This document shows positions 25,973 to 34,755 of a stretch of DNA of 64,000 nt, one piece after another (position 1 is the stretch's first letter; each line of letters starts with the position of its first letter). The notes beneath the pieces are model-generated. The model searched no databases. It was not told where the DNA came from and was given only the letters and a program-made list of their open reading frames with translations. The stretch comes from an uncultured Candidatus Saccharibacteria bacterium (GTDB taxonomy: Bacteria; Patescibacteriota; Minisyncoccia; Phycocordibacterales; UBA2100): contig CAYNRJ010000001.1 of the NCBI GenBank assembly GCA_964399865.1, forward strand, positions 330,050-394,049. The letters are read 5' to 3'. The translations under genes were made by a program, and so were the position numbers.

Positions 25973-27730
25973 TTACTCACTAGCGCCTCCGCCAAAAAAT
26001 CCACGCACGCGCTCCCAAATGCTTTTCTTCCCCGTCGCAGGAGTTTCTACACTCGTAGCACTCGTTGCAGTCACGTTAGAAGAAGCTTTCGAAGTCGCAG
26101 CTGAAGTCTGTGGCTTTGGAACTGCTGAAATCTCTGGCACTGATTGCCCCGCACGTGTTCGCTCGATGACACTTTGCTCAGCAGCCGTGAGTGGGAACTG
26201 ATTTGTGCCTCGGCAATAGATCTCATTTACCTTTTTACGAGTCGTGAGATACACGAATCCTGTAGACTCCCCTATACCCCACGGCGTGAGTATCTCGGAA
26301 GCGTACTTCGTCTGGAACGCATGGACCGCAGCGACCGTCGCTTCGTCGAATACCCCATTCATCTGAATGTTCGACTTCTCAAACTCTATGAGCACATACT
26401 GAAGTCGCTTTACTTGCTCCGCGTTATTCACACGACCTAATCGAATAAATTCAGTTAAATATCGGTCACATGATTCCGTAGGAGAAACGGTAGGAGGAAC
26501 GATTGGAGTTGAGGTCCCAAGAACTTGGGAGATAACTTGGTTTGCTATCGCGCTACCTCCACCTCCTCCGCCACCGCCTCCTCCACCCCCATTATTTTGA
26601 GTACCTCCATTTGAATTTGATTCATCATCATCGGAAGCATTAGCGCAACCTGCGTCCGCGAGATCGATCGCGCCATCATTGTCATTGTCCCTATTATCTG
26701 AGCACGCAGTCGTTGCTGCGGGTGGCGTGTTTGTCTCGTCATTGTCCGTAGAGCTTGAGCAGCCCGGATCTGCCATGTCTACGAGAGTGTCGCCGTCGTT
26801 GTCCGTGCCATCTGCGCATGCCGGTGCAGTACCAGGAGCGATATCGTTGCTTGTGATGGTGCACATCTTCGTTTGTCCTGCTGTAACGGTAATTTCTCCG
26901 GCGGCATTACAGTCACCGCTAAAGGTGGTGGTGTAGTTTGCTTTCGTCGCTCCCTGAATCGTCCACGTACCAGCGCTCGTAAGCTCCGTTGGAGTACCCT
27001 GTGAAATTCCAACAGAAAATGAAGTATTCGGAGACGTCTGCGTAACACTGAGAGAGTAGCTGGAAGGAGTGCTCGTGCCGCTATTATCATTCACCACAAC
27101 TAGGGTGACTGTAATCTTTGGCCTGAAACTTGCGCAGTCTGGGTCTAGAAGGTCGACAAGCGAGTCGCCGTCGTTATCGACTCCATCGGTACAAAGCGCG
27201 AGGGTGTTTTCATTCCCTGGCGTTGGAGGTGGAGGAGAAGCCTGGTAGGTATTCGTGATTGTGCATGAGGAAAGACGCCCTGATTGCACGGTTACCTGGC
27301 CACTCGAATTACAATCCCCACTGAACGAAGCGGTGTAATTCGCTGGTCCACCGGATTCGCTCACGGTGTACGCACCTGGAGGCATATTCCCATACCCTCT
27401 GCCTATCGAAGCCCCCGCTTGCGGACTTCCATCTATATCGGCACCGTTACTCTTGATATGAATCTGGAAGTTGGCAGAAGATGCCGTACCTCCGACTACT
27501 ATCTTCTTAACTTCAAGCCCTCCGCGTTCTGAACATCCCGGCCTGAAAGGCGGAAATGTAACGGTCGCCTGCTGGTGGACCTGATTAAGTTCTGTAAAAA
27601 TCTTACAAACTATCTGCTGTGCGAGGCTTTCTGCCTCTGCATGACGCTGGTTTCCCAAGAAAGTTGCGCTCATCGCGAGGAGTACTACCGCAAGGATAGC
27701 TCCCGCACGAGCAATTCGTGACAACGTCAT
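25973..27730 (-). CDS. secreted surface protein: Asp-rich Cys-bounded Ca-binding-like repeats, poly-Gly, C-terminal peptidoglycan-binding domain
   Basis: Signal peptide MTLSRIARAG...; three copies of CxDGxDNDGDxLVDxxDPxC; a G13 run; C-terminal CDRYLTEFIRLG...VKRLQYVLIE...AVHAFQTKYASEILTPWG, homologous to the C-terminus of the 1286-aa protein. Confidence 0.65.
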   Translation of the reverse strand: MTLSRIARAGAILAVVLLAMSATFLGNQRHAEAESLAQQIVCKIFTELNQVHQQATVTFPPFRPGCSERGGLEVKKIVVGGTASSANFQIHIKSNGADIDGSPQAGASIGRGYGNMPPGAYTVSESGGPANYTASFSGDCNSSGQVTVQSGRLSSCTITNTYQASPPPPTPGNENTLALCTDGVDNDGDSLVDLLDPDCASFRPKITVTLVVVNDNSGTSTPSSYSLSVTQTSPNTSFSVGISQGTPTELTSAGTWTIQGATKANYTTTFSGDCNAAGEITVTAGQTKMCTITSNDIAPGTAPACADGTDNDGDTLVDMADPGCSSSTDNDETNTPPAATTACSDNRDNDNDGAIDLADAGCANASDDDESNSNGGTQNNGGGGGGGGGGGGSAIANQVISQVLGTSTPIVPPTVSPTESCDRYLTEFIRLGRVNNAEQVKRLQYVLIEFEKSNIQMNGVFDEATVAAVHAFQTKYASEILTPWGIGESTGFVYLTTRKKVNEIYCRGTNQFPLTAAEQSVIERTRAGQSVPEISAVPKPQTSAATSKASSNVTATSATSVETPATGKKSIWERVRGFFGGGASE

Positions 27731-27916
27731 ACTCTTTTTCGCTACATTAATAATTTCCTATATCAAGAGACGAGGAAAGATGCTATTCCGGGCTACAGAA
27801 TATGCTCAGTCTAGTCTCTGTCAACGAAAATCAGTATGACGACACTTTAAATCCCAATTGACAACTCCTCTTAACGCAGCGAGGCAGAGCCTCGCTGCAT
27901 TTTCATGCCTACACGT

Positions 27917-30136
27917 TTACGCGTTCCCTGTTTTTGTATCTGACTGCCAGAAATACCAACCCACACCTAATCCAAGAAGCGCTAGAAGTAAGAGTCCTGC
28001 GATGATTAGCTGGTTATTGCGTCCATTTTCCTCCGCATCCTCGTCGGTAGTGGTGCTTCCACCGCTCAGATTTGGATTTTCCTCCGACGTTGTTCCCGTG
28101 ATTGGTGGAATAGGCCTAATCGTGCCTGAAGTTGAGCCGCTTCCACCCCCTGATGAGCCCGAAGAGGAACTGCCACCAGAGATTGTTCCGAGAGTTCGAG
28201 TGAGATCAATCAGTTGCTGCTCTTGTGAAGTAAGTGGGAATTGTCTTGTGTACTTACAGTAGATCTCATTTATTTTCTTTCTCGTGGTGAGGAACACATA
28301 CCCAGTTGGCTCACTGATCCCCCACGGAGTGAGAATATCCGTAGCATATTTGCTTTGGAATGAACGCACAGCTGCGTCAGTAAGAGGGCCGAAGTATCCA
28401 GTTACCGGAAGAGTGGATCCCATCTCTTGGTTTAGGAACATCTGCAATCTTCGTACCTGCTCCGTATCATTCGCCTGTCCCATCCTCATAAAGGTTGTGA
28501 TAAACGCATCGCAGGCTACAACCGGAAGTGTTGGAGAAGTTTCTCCGAGTACCTGTCCTCCCGTTCCTCCCCCACCGCCGCCTAGACTTGGATTTACCTG
28601 CGTCGCGATAGCACTTCCGCTACCACCCCCACCTCCGCCACCACCTCCACCACCTCCGGAGGATTGATCTGTTTCGTTGTCATCTCCCGTACTTGCGCAA
28701 CCAGGGTCCGACGGATAGTCGATTTTTCCATCGCCATCATTGTCTGTAGTATCAGAACATTGGACAGATCCTCCTCCCCCACCGCCGCCTGGATTTGTCG
28801 GTCCGGGTGGAGTAACTGTAACGGTACCCGTGTTATTCCCTGTATTTGAATCCGGTCTATCGCTTGTGATCGTCGCGACATTTTGAATCGTCTGCCCTGC
28901 AGTGCCCGTATTTACAGATGCAGTTATGAGGAGCGCTGTCGATGAACCGTTCGCGAGAGAGCCGATCGTCCAAAGTCCTGTACTTGTCGCATATGTAGTC
29001 CCTGTAGTTGTCGAATTGTCGGATACATACGTAAGACCAGATGGAAGAAGATCCGTTACAGAAACATTCGTTGCTGCATTTGGACCACTGTTTGACGCCG
29101 TAAGAGTGAAGATGACACTCGAACCCGGCGTTGGACTTGCGACGTCTACCGTCTTCGAAAGAGATACGTCCGCAGTTGTCGTCGAGTAGGTATTCGTAAA
29201 TGTGCAGGTCTTCACATCACCTATCGCGAGAATACCTGCGCAATTTGTGGATGTCGCAGCTACGTAGCCTCCAACACTACTTGTTTCCGATACGATAAAT
29301 GCGCCCGGATTGAAGATCATTTGCGTGCCTGATGCGCTTCCCGCAAACGACTGATTCGAGCTTGAAGCCGTCACGTGGATCATGAAGTCACTCGAGGTTG
29401 CGGTCCCCCCGTTCGTATTAACGACAATTTTCTTGACCGTAAGGAGTGGCTTGAACGCCGCACAGTCAGGATCAGCGAGATCTATGAGAGAATCGCTGTC
29501 ATTATCCTGCCCGTCAGAACAGAGAGGCAAAGTATTCTCACTGCCTCCCCCGCCGCCACCTCCGCCTGTGTTGGTTTCATCTTCATCGAGCGGTCCGGTG
29601 CAGCCGAGATCATCCGGGTAATCAGTAAGACCATCGTCGTCATCGTCTATGGCGTTCCAACATTCGGGAAGTGAGCCCGATTCGTTTCGATCTCCATCGT
29701 AGGAGTCGTCATTGGTTGGATCCCCATCCGTATGACAATTTGGATCATCAATATCGGTGAACCCGTCTTCGTCATTATCTATGAGGTCTTCACATTGACC
29801 GAGAGGAGGATCGGTCTCATCTTCGTCTTCTTCGTTCGTACACCCTGGGTCTGATGGATAGTCAGTATGACCATCATTATCATTATCAATATCGTCAGAA
29901 CAAGCAGGAATTTCTTCACTGCCATCTGGACAACCTTCCGTTTCGAGATACGGAATAGGTGAACCGAGCTCATTGAGATCGGTAAATACTAAACACACTA
30001 TGTAGGAACCAAATCCAGATGGAAATGGGACCTCTGCTTGAGCTTGACGCTGGTTTCCCAGGAATACTGCACTTAGTGCGAGAAGTGTCATCAATGCGAC
30101 AATACTTCCGGCACGAATAATTCGTGACAACGTCAT
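27917..30136 (-). CDS. secreted surface protein paralog: five Asp-rich Cys-bounded repeats, DUF11 repeat, poly-Gly, PG-binding domain, C-terminal TM anchor
   Basis: Start reassigned to MTLSRIIRAG (30136) by homology to the paralog N-terminus. Five repeats of the form DNDxDGxTDYPxDPGC, a DUF11-like block (VSLSKTVDVASPTPGSSVIFTLTASNSGPN) and a PG-binding domain (LQMFLNQE...AVRSFQSKYATDILTPWG) follow. The final TM helix is LIIAGLLLLALLGLGVGWYFW. Confidence 0.65.
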   Translation of the reverse strand: MTLSRIIRAGSIVALMTLLALSAVFLGNQRQAQAEVPFPSGFGSYIVCLVFTDLNELGSPIPYLETEGCPDGSEEIPACSDDIDNDNDGHTDYPSDPGCTNEEDEDETDPPLGQCEDLIDNDEDGFTDIDDPNCHTDGDPTNDDSYDGDRNESGSLPECWNAIDDDDDGLTDYPDDLGCTGPLDEDETNTGGGGGGGGSENTLPLCSDGQDNDSDSLIDLADPDCAAFKPLLTVKKIVVNTNGGTATSSDFMIHVTASSSNQSFAGSASGTQMIFNPGAFIVSETSSVGGYVAATSTNCAGILAIGDVKTCTFTNTYSTTTADVSLSKTVDVASPTPGSSVIFTLTASNSGPNAATNVSVTDLLPSGLTYVSDNSTTTGTTYATSTGLWTIGSLANGSSTALLITASVNTGTAGQTIQNVATITSDRPDSNTGNNTGTVTVTPPGPTNPGGGGGGGSVQCSDTTDNDGDGKIDYPSDPGCASTGDDNETDQSSGGGGGGGGGGGGSGSAIATQVNPSLGGGGGGTGGQVLGETSPTLPVVACDAFITTFMRMGQANDTEQVRRLQMFLNQEMGSTLPVTGYFGPLTDAAVRSFQSKYATDILTPWGISEPTGYVFLTTRKKINEIYCKYTRQFPLTSQEQQLIDLTRTLGTISGGSSSSGSSGGGSGSTSGTIRPIPPITGTTSEENPNLSGGSTTTDEDAEENGRNNQLIIAGLLLLALLGLGVGWYFWQSDTKTGNA

Positions 30137-30421
30137 ACGCTCTATTTTGTATAAACTAAGAAGACGTCTAATAAAATTTATACCTACGATCAGTATAGCC
30201 GTCCCTTTCTTCAACAAGCCCTGGCCTGTTAACAACCGAACTGTGGAAATACTGGGGATAACAAAATTGATCGTTTGGAAAAAACTTTCCAACAGTTTTT
30301 AAAGAACTAAATAAAACAGAATGAGTGTTCCCTTCTGTCGATCCAAAACAATTTTACGATTTGAAAGTGAAGTTATGCTGATTTGAAAAGGCAGCGCTCT
30401 CTATGTCTATTCATTTCTCTG

Positions 30422-30486
30422 TCTGATAGCGAGCTCACTAAAAGTTCTATAGGACAGAGTATGTCCGATAGAAATGTCCGATAGAA
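30422..30486. promoter_or_regulatory. array of four copies of a 10-bp motif TGTCYGATAG (one inverted) in a divergent intergenic region
   Basis: tgtctgatag at 30422, ctataggaca (inverted) at 30455, then tandem tgtccgatagaaa tgtccgatagaaa at 30463..30486. Confidence 0.45.
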
Positions 30487-30602
30487 AAGATATGCATTAA
30501 GCCCAATAATTCACACCATATTGCGCAGCGATAATCCATATGATGTAATCGAAAAAGGTGGTCTTGTATATCTCGAGACCACAAACCTATGGGAGGGATC
30601 CC

Positions 30603-31013
30603 GTGTTTAAACTTAGGTTACCTAAGACTCCGCGGCGACGTGCATACGAGGCTCAGGTGGAACTCGCAAGAGTACTACTGAAGCCTGGGATGGATCGCGA
30701 GCAAGCGGCCACAGCCCTTAGCTCGGTGATAACGACTGCCGAGCTCGCCGGGACGGGAGGATGGAATGAGCGGTTCTCGTCGTCCAGATTTCTTCGCTTC
30801 GAGCAAGTATCGACGAAATATGCTGGGCACAAGACGTTCCGGGAGAAGCACCCCGAGAAATGGGCCGAGCTAGAGGGCGCAGTATGGACCCTGCTCGGAA
30901 GTGGACGGGGTAGAGTTGAACTCGTCGATGAGGTCTTCAGGCTTCTCGCCCCCCACTGCTTCGTCCGACTAATACCGCCACGTAAGTTGGTGCGATTGGC
31001 AGACGCTGCCTAA
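30603..31013 (+). CDS. hypothetical protein encoded in a ~0.45-kb GC-rich patch
   Basis: Probable GTG start 5 nt after GGAGGG; local GC clearly above neighbours; followed by a strong terminator; no recognizable domain. Confidence 0.45.
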   Translation: MFKLRLPKTPRRRAYEAQVELARVLLKPGMDREQAATALSSVITTAELAGTGGWNERFSSSRFLRFEQVSTKYAGHKTFREKHPEKWAELEGAVWTLLGSGRGRVELVDEVFRLLAPHCFVRLIPPRKLVRLADAA

Positions 31014-31023
31014 CGCATCTTTG

Positions 31024-31055
31024 AGGCCGCCCCGTGGGCGGCCTCTTCATTTTTC
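31024..31055 (+). terminator. rho-independent terminator
   Basis: gaggccgcc/ggcggcctc stem with 5-nt loop, followed by ttcattttt. Confidence 0.7.
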
Positions 31056-31071
31056 ACGATATAATTGCGAG

Positions 31072-32715
31072 ATGAACCTTAGGGAAAGAATCGCCCCACT
31101 TATTAAGGGCGACGCCCGCGATGACACCGAAACCCTCGACAAACATAGTCGAGATACGAGCATTTTCGAAAGAAGACCATCCTTGGTGGTTTTCCCCAAG
31201 GACAGCGCTGATATCGTCTCCCTTGTCACATTCGTCGATAAGGCGAGAGCAGATGGTGAAAACATCTCCGTTACCGCTCGCTCCGCAGGGACCGACATGA
31301 GCGGTGGCCCTCTCACTGATTCAATAGTCATCTCCTTTACGGAGTATATGAATCACATGGGAGATATCGGGGAGGATTATGCCGTCGCCGAACCGGGAGT
31401 TTATTATCGTGACTTCGAAAAGGCAACGCTGGCAAAGAATGGGAAGCTACTCGCCTCTTACCCCGCGTCACGCGAGCTTGCAGCAATAGGTGGAATCGTG
31501 TCGAACAATTCCGGCGGCGAGTTAACACTTCGATTCGGAAAGACGGAGAAATTCGTCCGCGAACTTGATGTGGTCCTCTCAGACGGATCACTTGCGACGT
31601 TCTCCCCTCTCACGCGCGAAGAACTTGCGAAGAAGGAATCGGAGAATACTTTTGAAGGAAAAATATATCGAGATATTCACGCACTCATAGAAAACAACGA
31701 GGATGAGATAGAGTCCGCAGAGCCAAGTGTTTCGAAGAATTCCGCCGGGTATTCTCTTTGGAATGTCTGGAACAGAAAAGCGAATACATTTGATCTAACT
31801 CAACTGATCACTGGCTCACAAGGAACGCTCGCCTTAGTAACCAAGGCAAAGCTCGGACTTCTCAAGCAAGAACATCATCGCGGCATGCTAGTGGTGTTTC
31901 TCAGTGACCTTAATACCCTTCCTGAAATCGTTCGACGGGTACGCGCGTTTGAGCCTGAATCGTTTGAGAGCTACGACGACAATACTTTTAAGCTCGCTGT
32001 TCGTTTTGCGGGAGATTTCTTGAAACAACTGGGCATCGTCGACACGGTACGCCTTGGCTTCGCCTTTCTCCCCGAGATGTGGATGACCATTTCTGGAGGC
32101 GTTCCAAAGCTTGTACTTCTCGCTGAGTTTGCAGAGAGTTCCGATGAGAAAGCTCGCGAGAAGGCGGAGCATGCACAGGCTTCTCTTGAAGATCTCGATG
32201 TAAAAACACGGCTAGCGTTCGGCATGATGGAAGAGAAATATTGGAAAATTCGGAGAGAGAGCTTCGCACTCCTTCGAAAACATATACACGGACTGCACGC
32301 TGCACCATTTATTGATGACATTGTTGTCCATCCGGATGATTACCCGAGCTTTCTTCCGGAATTGCACGAGCTGTTATCTCACTACAAGATCATGTACACG
32401 ATCGCGGGGCATATTGGTGATGGAAACTTCCATATCATTCCGCTTATTGACCTGAAGCGCGCTGAGCATCGGGATACGATCCGAGAACTTGCGCCAAAGG
32501 TGTATGAGCTAGTTGGGCAGTACAAGGGTTCTATCACCGGAGAACATAATGACGGCATTATCCGCACACCTTACCTTCCTCTTATGTTCTCTCCACGCAT
32601 GATCGAGCTCTTTTCTGAGGTAAAGAAAATATTCGACCCACACAATATTTTTAATCCTGGGAAAAAAGTGGGGGGCACATTATTAGACATAGACCGATAT
32701 ATGATGAAACAGTAG
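31072..32715 (+). CDS. FAD-binding (PCMH-type) FAD-linked oxidase, GlcD/D-lactate dehydrogenase-like
   Basis: N-terminal FAD-binding region (PSLVVFPKDSADIVSLVTFV...SARSAGTDMSGG...GGIVSNNSGGE); C-terminal FAD-oxidase domain. The start is moved to MNLRERI because the longer ORF overlaps the upstream terminator. Confidence 0.7.
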   Translation: MNLRERIAPLIKGDARDDTETLDKHSRDTSIFERRPSLVVFPKDSADIVSLVTFVDKARADGENISVTARSAGTDMSGGPLTDSIVISFTEYMNHMGDIGEDYAVAEPGVYYRDFEKATLAKNGKLLASYPASRELAAIGGIVSNNSGGELTLRFGKTEKFVRELDVVLSDGSLATFSPLTREELAKKESENTFEGKIYRDIHALIENNEDEIESAEPSVSKNSAGYSLWNVWNRKANTFDLTQLITGSQGTLALVTKAKLGLLKQEHHRGMLVVFLSDLNTLPEIVRRVRAFEPESFESYDDNTFKLAVRFAGDFLKQLGIVDTVRLGFAFLPEMWMTISGGVPKLVLLAEFAESSDEKAREKAEHAQASLEDLDVKTRLAFGMMEEKYWKIRRESFALLRKHIHGLHAAPFIDDIVVHPDDYPSFLPELHELLSHYKIMYTIAGHIGDGNFHIIPLIDLKRAEHRDTIRELAPKVYELVGQYKGSITGEHNDGIIRTPYLPLMFSPRMIELFSEVKKIFDPHNIFNPGKKVGGTLLDIDRYMMKQ

Positions 32716-32718
32716 CGT

Positions 32719-33750
32719 ATGAAAAAAACCTTACTTCTCCTCGCCGTAATCCCCTTTTTACTACCGCTTCCCGCTTTCGCGCACGAAGTCTACGTGCTCG
32801 ATTCTGAGACAATAGCCGAAGCACTCGCCGCAGATTCCGTTAATCCCTTTACTGCATATCATGGTAATGAATCTGAGTTTTTCCTGTGGGGTTTTGTTTC
32901 GTTCGTCGTGTTCTCGACTATACTCCTCGCGTCCGTATTCCACATTTTCGAACGTAGAGTCCGAGGCCCCCTCGCGTTCCTAAAACGCTTGGCTCTCCCA
33001 ATCGTTCGCGTCACAGCTGGAGTAACCCTCTTCGTATTCGGTTGGTATGGTGTCCTCTACGGACCCGAGCTCCCTCTCCCCATTATTTTCGCGGGAGCAT
33101 CCCCCTGGATCGAAATACTACTTATGGTACTCGGCACACTTATACTTTTCGGAGTATTTGCTCGTGCCGCTGCAGTCGGTGCGATCTTACTCTATATATA
33201 TGCACTATCTTCCCTCGGCGTACCCCTCTTTAATTACCTCACACATCTCGGTGCATACATTGTGTTAATTCTCCTCGGTAGCGGAGAGTGGTCACTCGAT
33301 TCCAAATGGAACACCGTACAATTCGCGAACCTGCAGAAAACCTTACATAAGCTCCGACCGTTCGCCTTCCCAATACTAAGAATAGGGTTTGGACTCAGCG
33401 TGATGTTCGCGGCCGTCTATGCAAAATTCCTCCACAGTGAATTAACGCTACATGTAATTGCTCAATATGATCTGACGCGGCTACTCCCCTTTGAGCCCCT
33501 ATTTATAGTTCTTGGTGCTCTTATCATAGAATTTCTTGCAGGACTCATGATGTTCCTCGGTGTTGCAGTACGGTGGACTGCCCTTTTCCTCGCCTTCTGG
33601 TTATCGATGGGTCACATTTTCACAAACGAAAACTGGTGGGTCCACCTTATTCTGTACGGACTCGCGGTCGCGATCTTTTGTCACGGGTACGACAAATGGT
33701 CACTAAGCGGGAAATTCCTCCAGAAAGATGGCCGCGATCCGGTCTTATAG
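32719..33750 (+). CDS. DoxX-family integral membrane protein (tandem DoxX-like halves) with signal peptide
   Basis: 343 aa; signal peptide, then repeated 4-TM units with DoxX-like composition. Confidence 0.5.
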   Translation: MKKTLLLLAVIPFLLPLPAFAHEVYVLDSETIAEALAADSVNPFTAYHGNESEFFLWGFVSFVVFSTILLASVFHIFERRVRGPLAFLKRLALPIVRVTAGVTLFVFGWYGVLYGPELPLPIIFAGASPWIEILLMVLGTLILFGVFARAAAVGAILLYIYALSSLGVPLFNYLTHLGAYIVLILLGSGEWSLDSKWNTVQFANLQKTLHKLRPFAFPILRIGFGLSVMFAAVYAKFLHSELTLHVIAQYDLTRLLPFEPLFIVLGALIIEFLAGLMMFLGVAVRWTALFLAFWLSMGHIFTNENWWVHLILYGLAVAIFCHGYDKWSLSGKFLQKDGRDPVL

Positions 33751-34287
33751 AACTTCAGAAGTATTTCGTGTGCGAACAAAAAGCATGAGCACGATGAGAA
33801 ACGCGAAAAGTGTGGCAGCCATGAGTGGGTACGTAATGTAGTTGAACTCATACATAAATCGCGCTGCGCAGCTGACGCCTGTTGCGGGACATGGCAGGGT
33901 GCCAGAAGGCAGAACCTGCAGTGCGTGATGATATAGCGCAAATCCAAGACCGAATATTGATAACACTATTGAATAGAGAGCGATCCTGCTTTCTCGCCTC
34001 CATAGAGCGAGTGCAAAGAGAACTACCTGCGAATAGAGGAACACGCGCTGCCACCAACAGAGAGGGCACGGCTCTATACCGAGGACTTCAGAATAATAGA
34101 GCGTAAGAGCGCTCGACACGAGAGTGGCAAGGAATGCGATACTAAGTCCCCACGTTCCTATCAATGCTGCTATTCGCGCAAAGAAAGGATTCTTTCGTAA
34201 TACATATATGAGGATTATCCCTACAGTTACTATCTGTAATAGGAACGTTCCGATTCCGAGTAAGTAGTTGGCTGTTTGAAGTTCCAT
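33745..34287 (-). CDS. disulfide bond formation protein B (DsbB/BdbC family)
   Basis: 4-TM protein with a periplasmic-loop CPLCWWQR and a second Cys pair (LPCPATGVSCAARF). Confidence 0.7.
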   Translation of the reverse strand: MELQTANYLLGIGTFLLQIVTVGIILIYVLRKNPFFARIAALIGTWGLSIAFLATLVSSALTLYYSEVLGIEPCPLCWWQRVFLYSQVVLFALALWRRESRIALYSIVLSIFGLGFALYHHALQVLPSGTLPCPATGVSCAARFMYEFNYITYPLMAATLFAFLIVLMLFVRTRNTSEVL

Positions 34288-34319
34288 ACATGCCGACGGT
34301 TTGGTCGGTGATCCTTACA

Positions 34320-34697
34320 TTACTGCGGCAATACGCACCCCGTCTTTTCTGCGAGCTGGGTAAGAGGGATCTCCCCCGTTAGCCTACTTTCATCTGCAAA
34401 GACCCATGTTGGATACTGTTGTACCTCTTTTTCTGTACATGCTGGGAGCTGTCCTTTGCCATCCGGCGTAGAACACTCAACATATGGCAATAGTTTTGAA
34501 GAAACTCCGAACATTCTCTTCTGTGCCTGGCAATGTGGGCACCAAAATGCACCATAGAATGTAGCTCCCTTGTCCGCTATACACTGCGCGAAAGTATCAA
34601 GCTTCCCAGGACCACTTTTTACAAAGAAAGACGCGCTAAGAGCGCCAACGATAAGGATTAAAATAGCTACCCAGAAAATTAGCATTCCTTTTTTCAT
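34320..34697 (-). CDS. membrane-anchored thioredoxin-fold thiol-disulfide oxidoreductase (DsbA/BdbD-like)
   Basis: N-terminal TM anchor; WCPHCQ active site; immediately upstream of the DsbB gene on the same strand. Confidence 0.65.
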   Translation of the reverse strand: MKKGMLIFWVAILILIVGALSASFFVKSGPGKLDTFAQCIADKGATFYGAFWCPHCQAQKRMFGVSSKLLPYVECSTPDGKGQLPACTEKEVQQYPTWVFADESRLTGEIPLTQLAEKTGCVLPQ

Positions 34698-34755
34698 ACG
34701 TAGAAGGGAGTATACCACTAGGGAGAAAGGTGTCGAAATGTGCTAAAATCGCCCC

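Noticed and set aside
27917-30292. Longer 791-aa version of the surface-protein ORF starting at 30292 (MESFFQTINF...)
   Set aside because: The paralog at 25973..27730 starts with MTLSRIARAG, and the same motif MTLSRIIRAG occurs at 30136 followed by the signal peptide. The 52 upstream codons are hydrophilic and precede the signal sequence, so they are most likely 5' UTR.
31021-31071. Upstream extension of the FAD-oxidase ORF (MRPPRGRPLHF...)
   Set aside because: The extension runs through the strong terminator hairpin at 31024..31055. The ATG at 31072 gives an N-terminus that fits the family.
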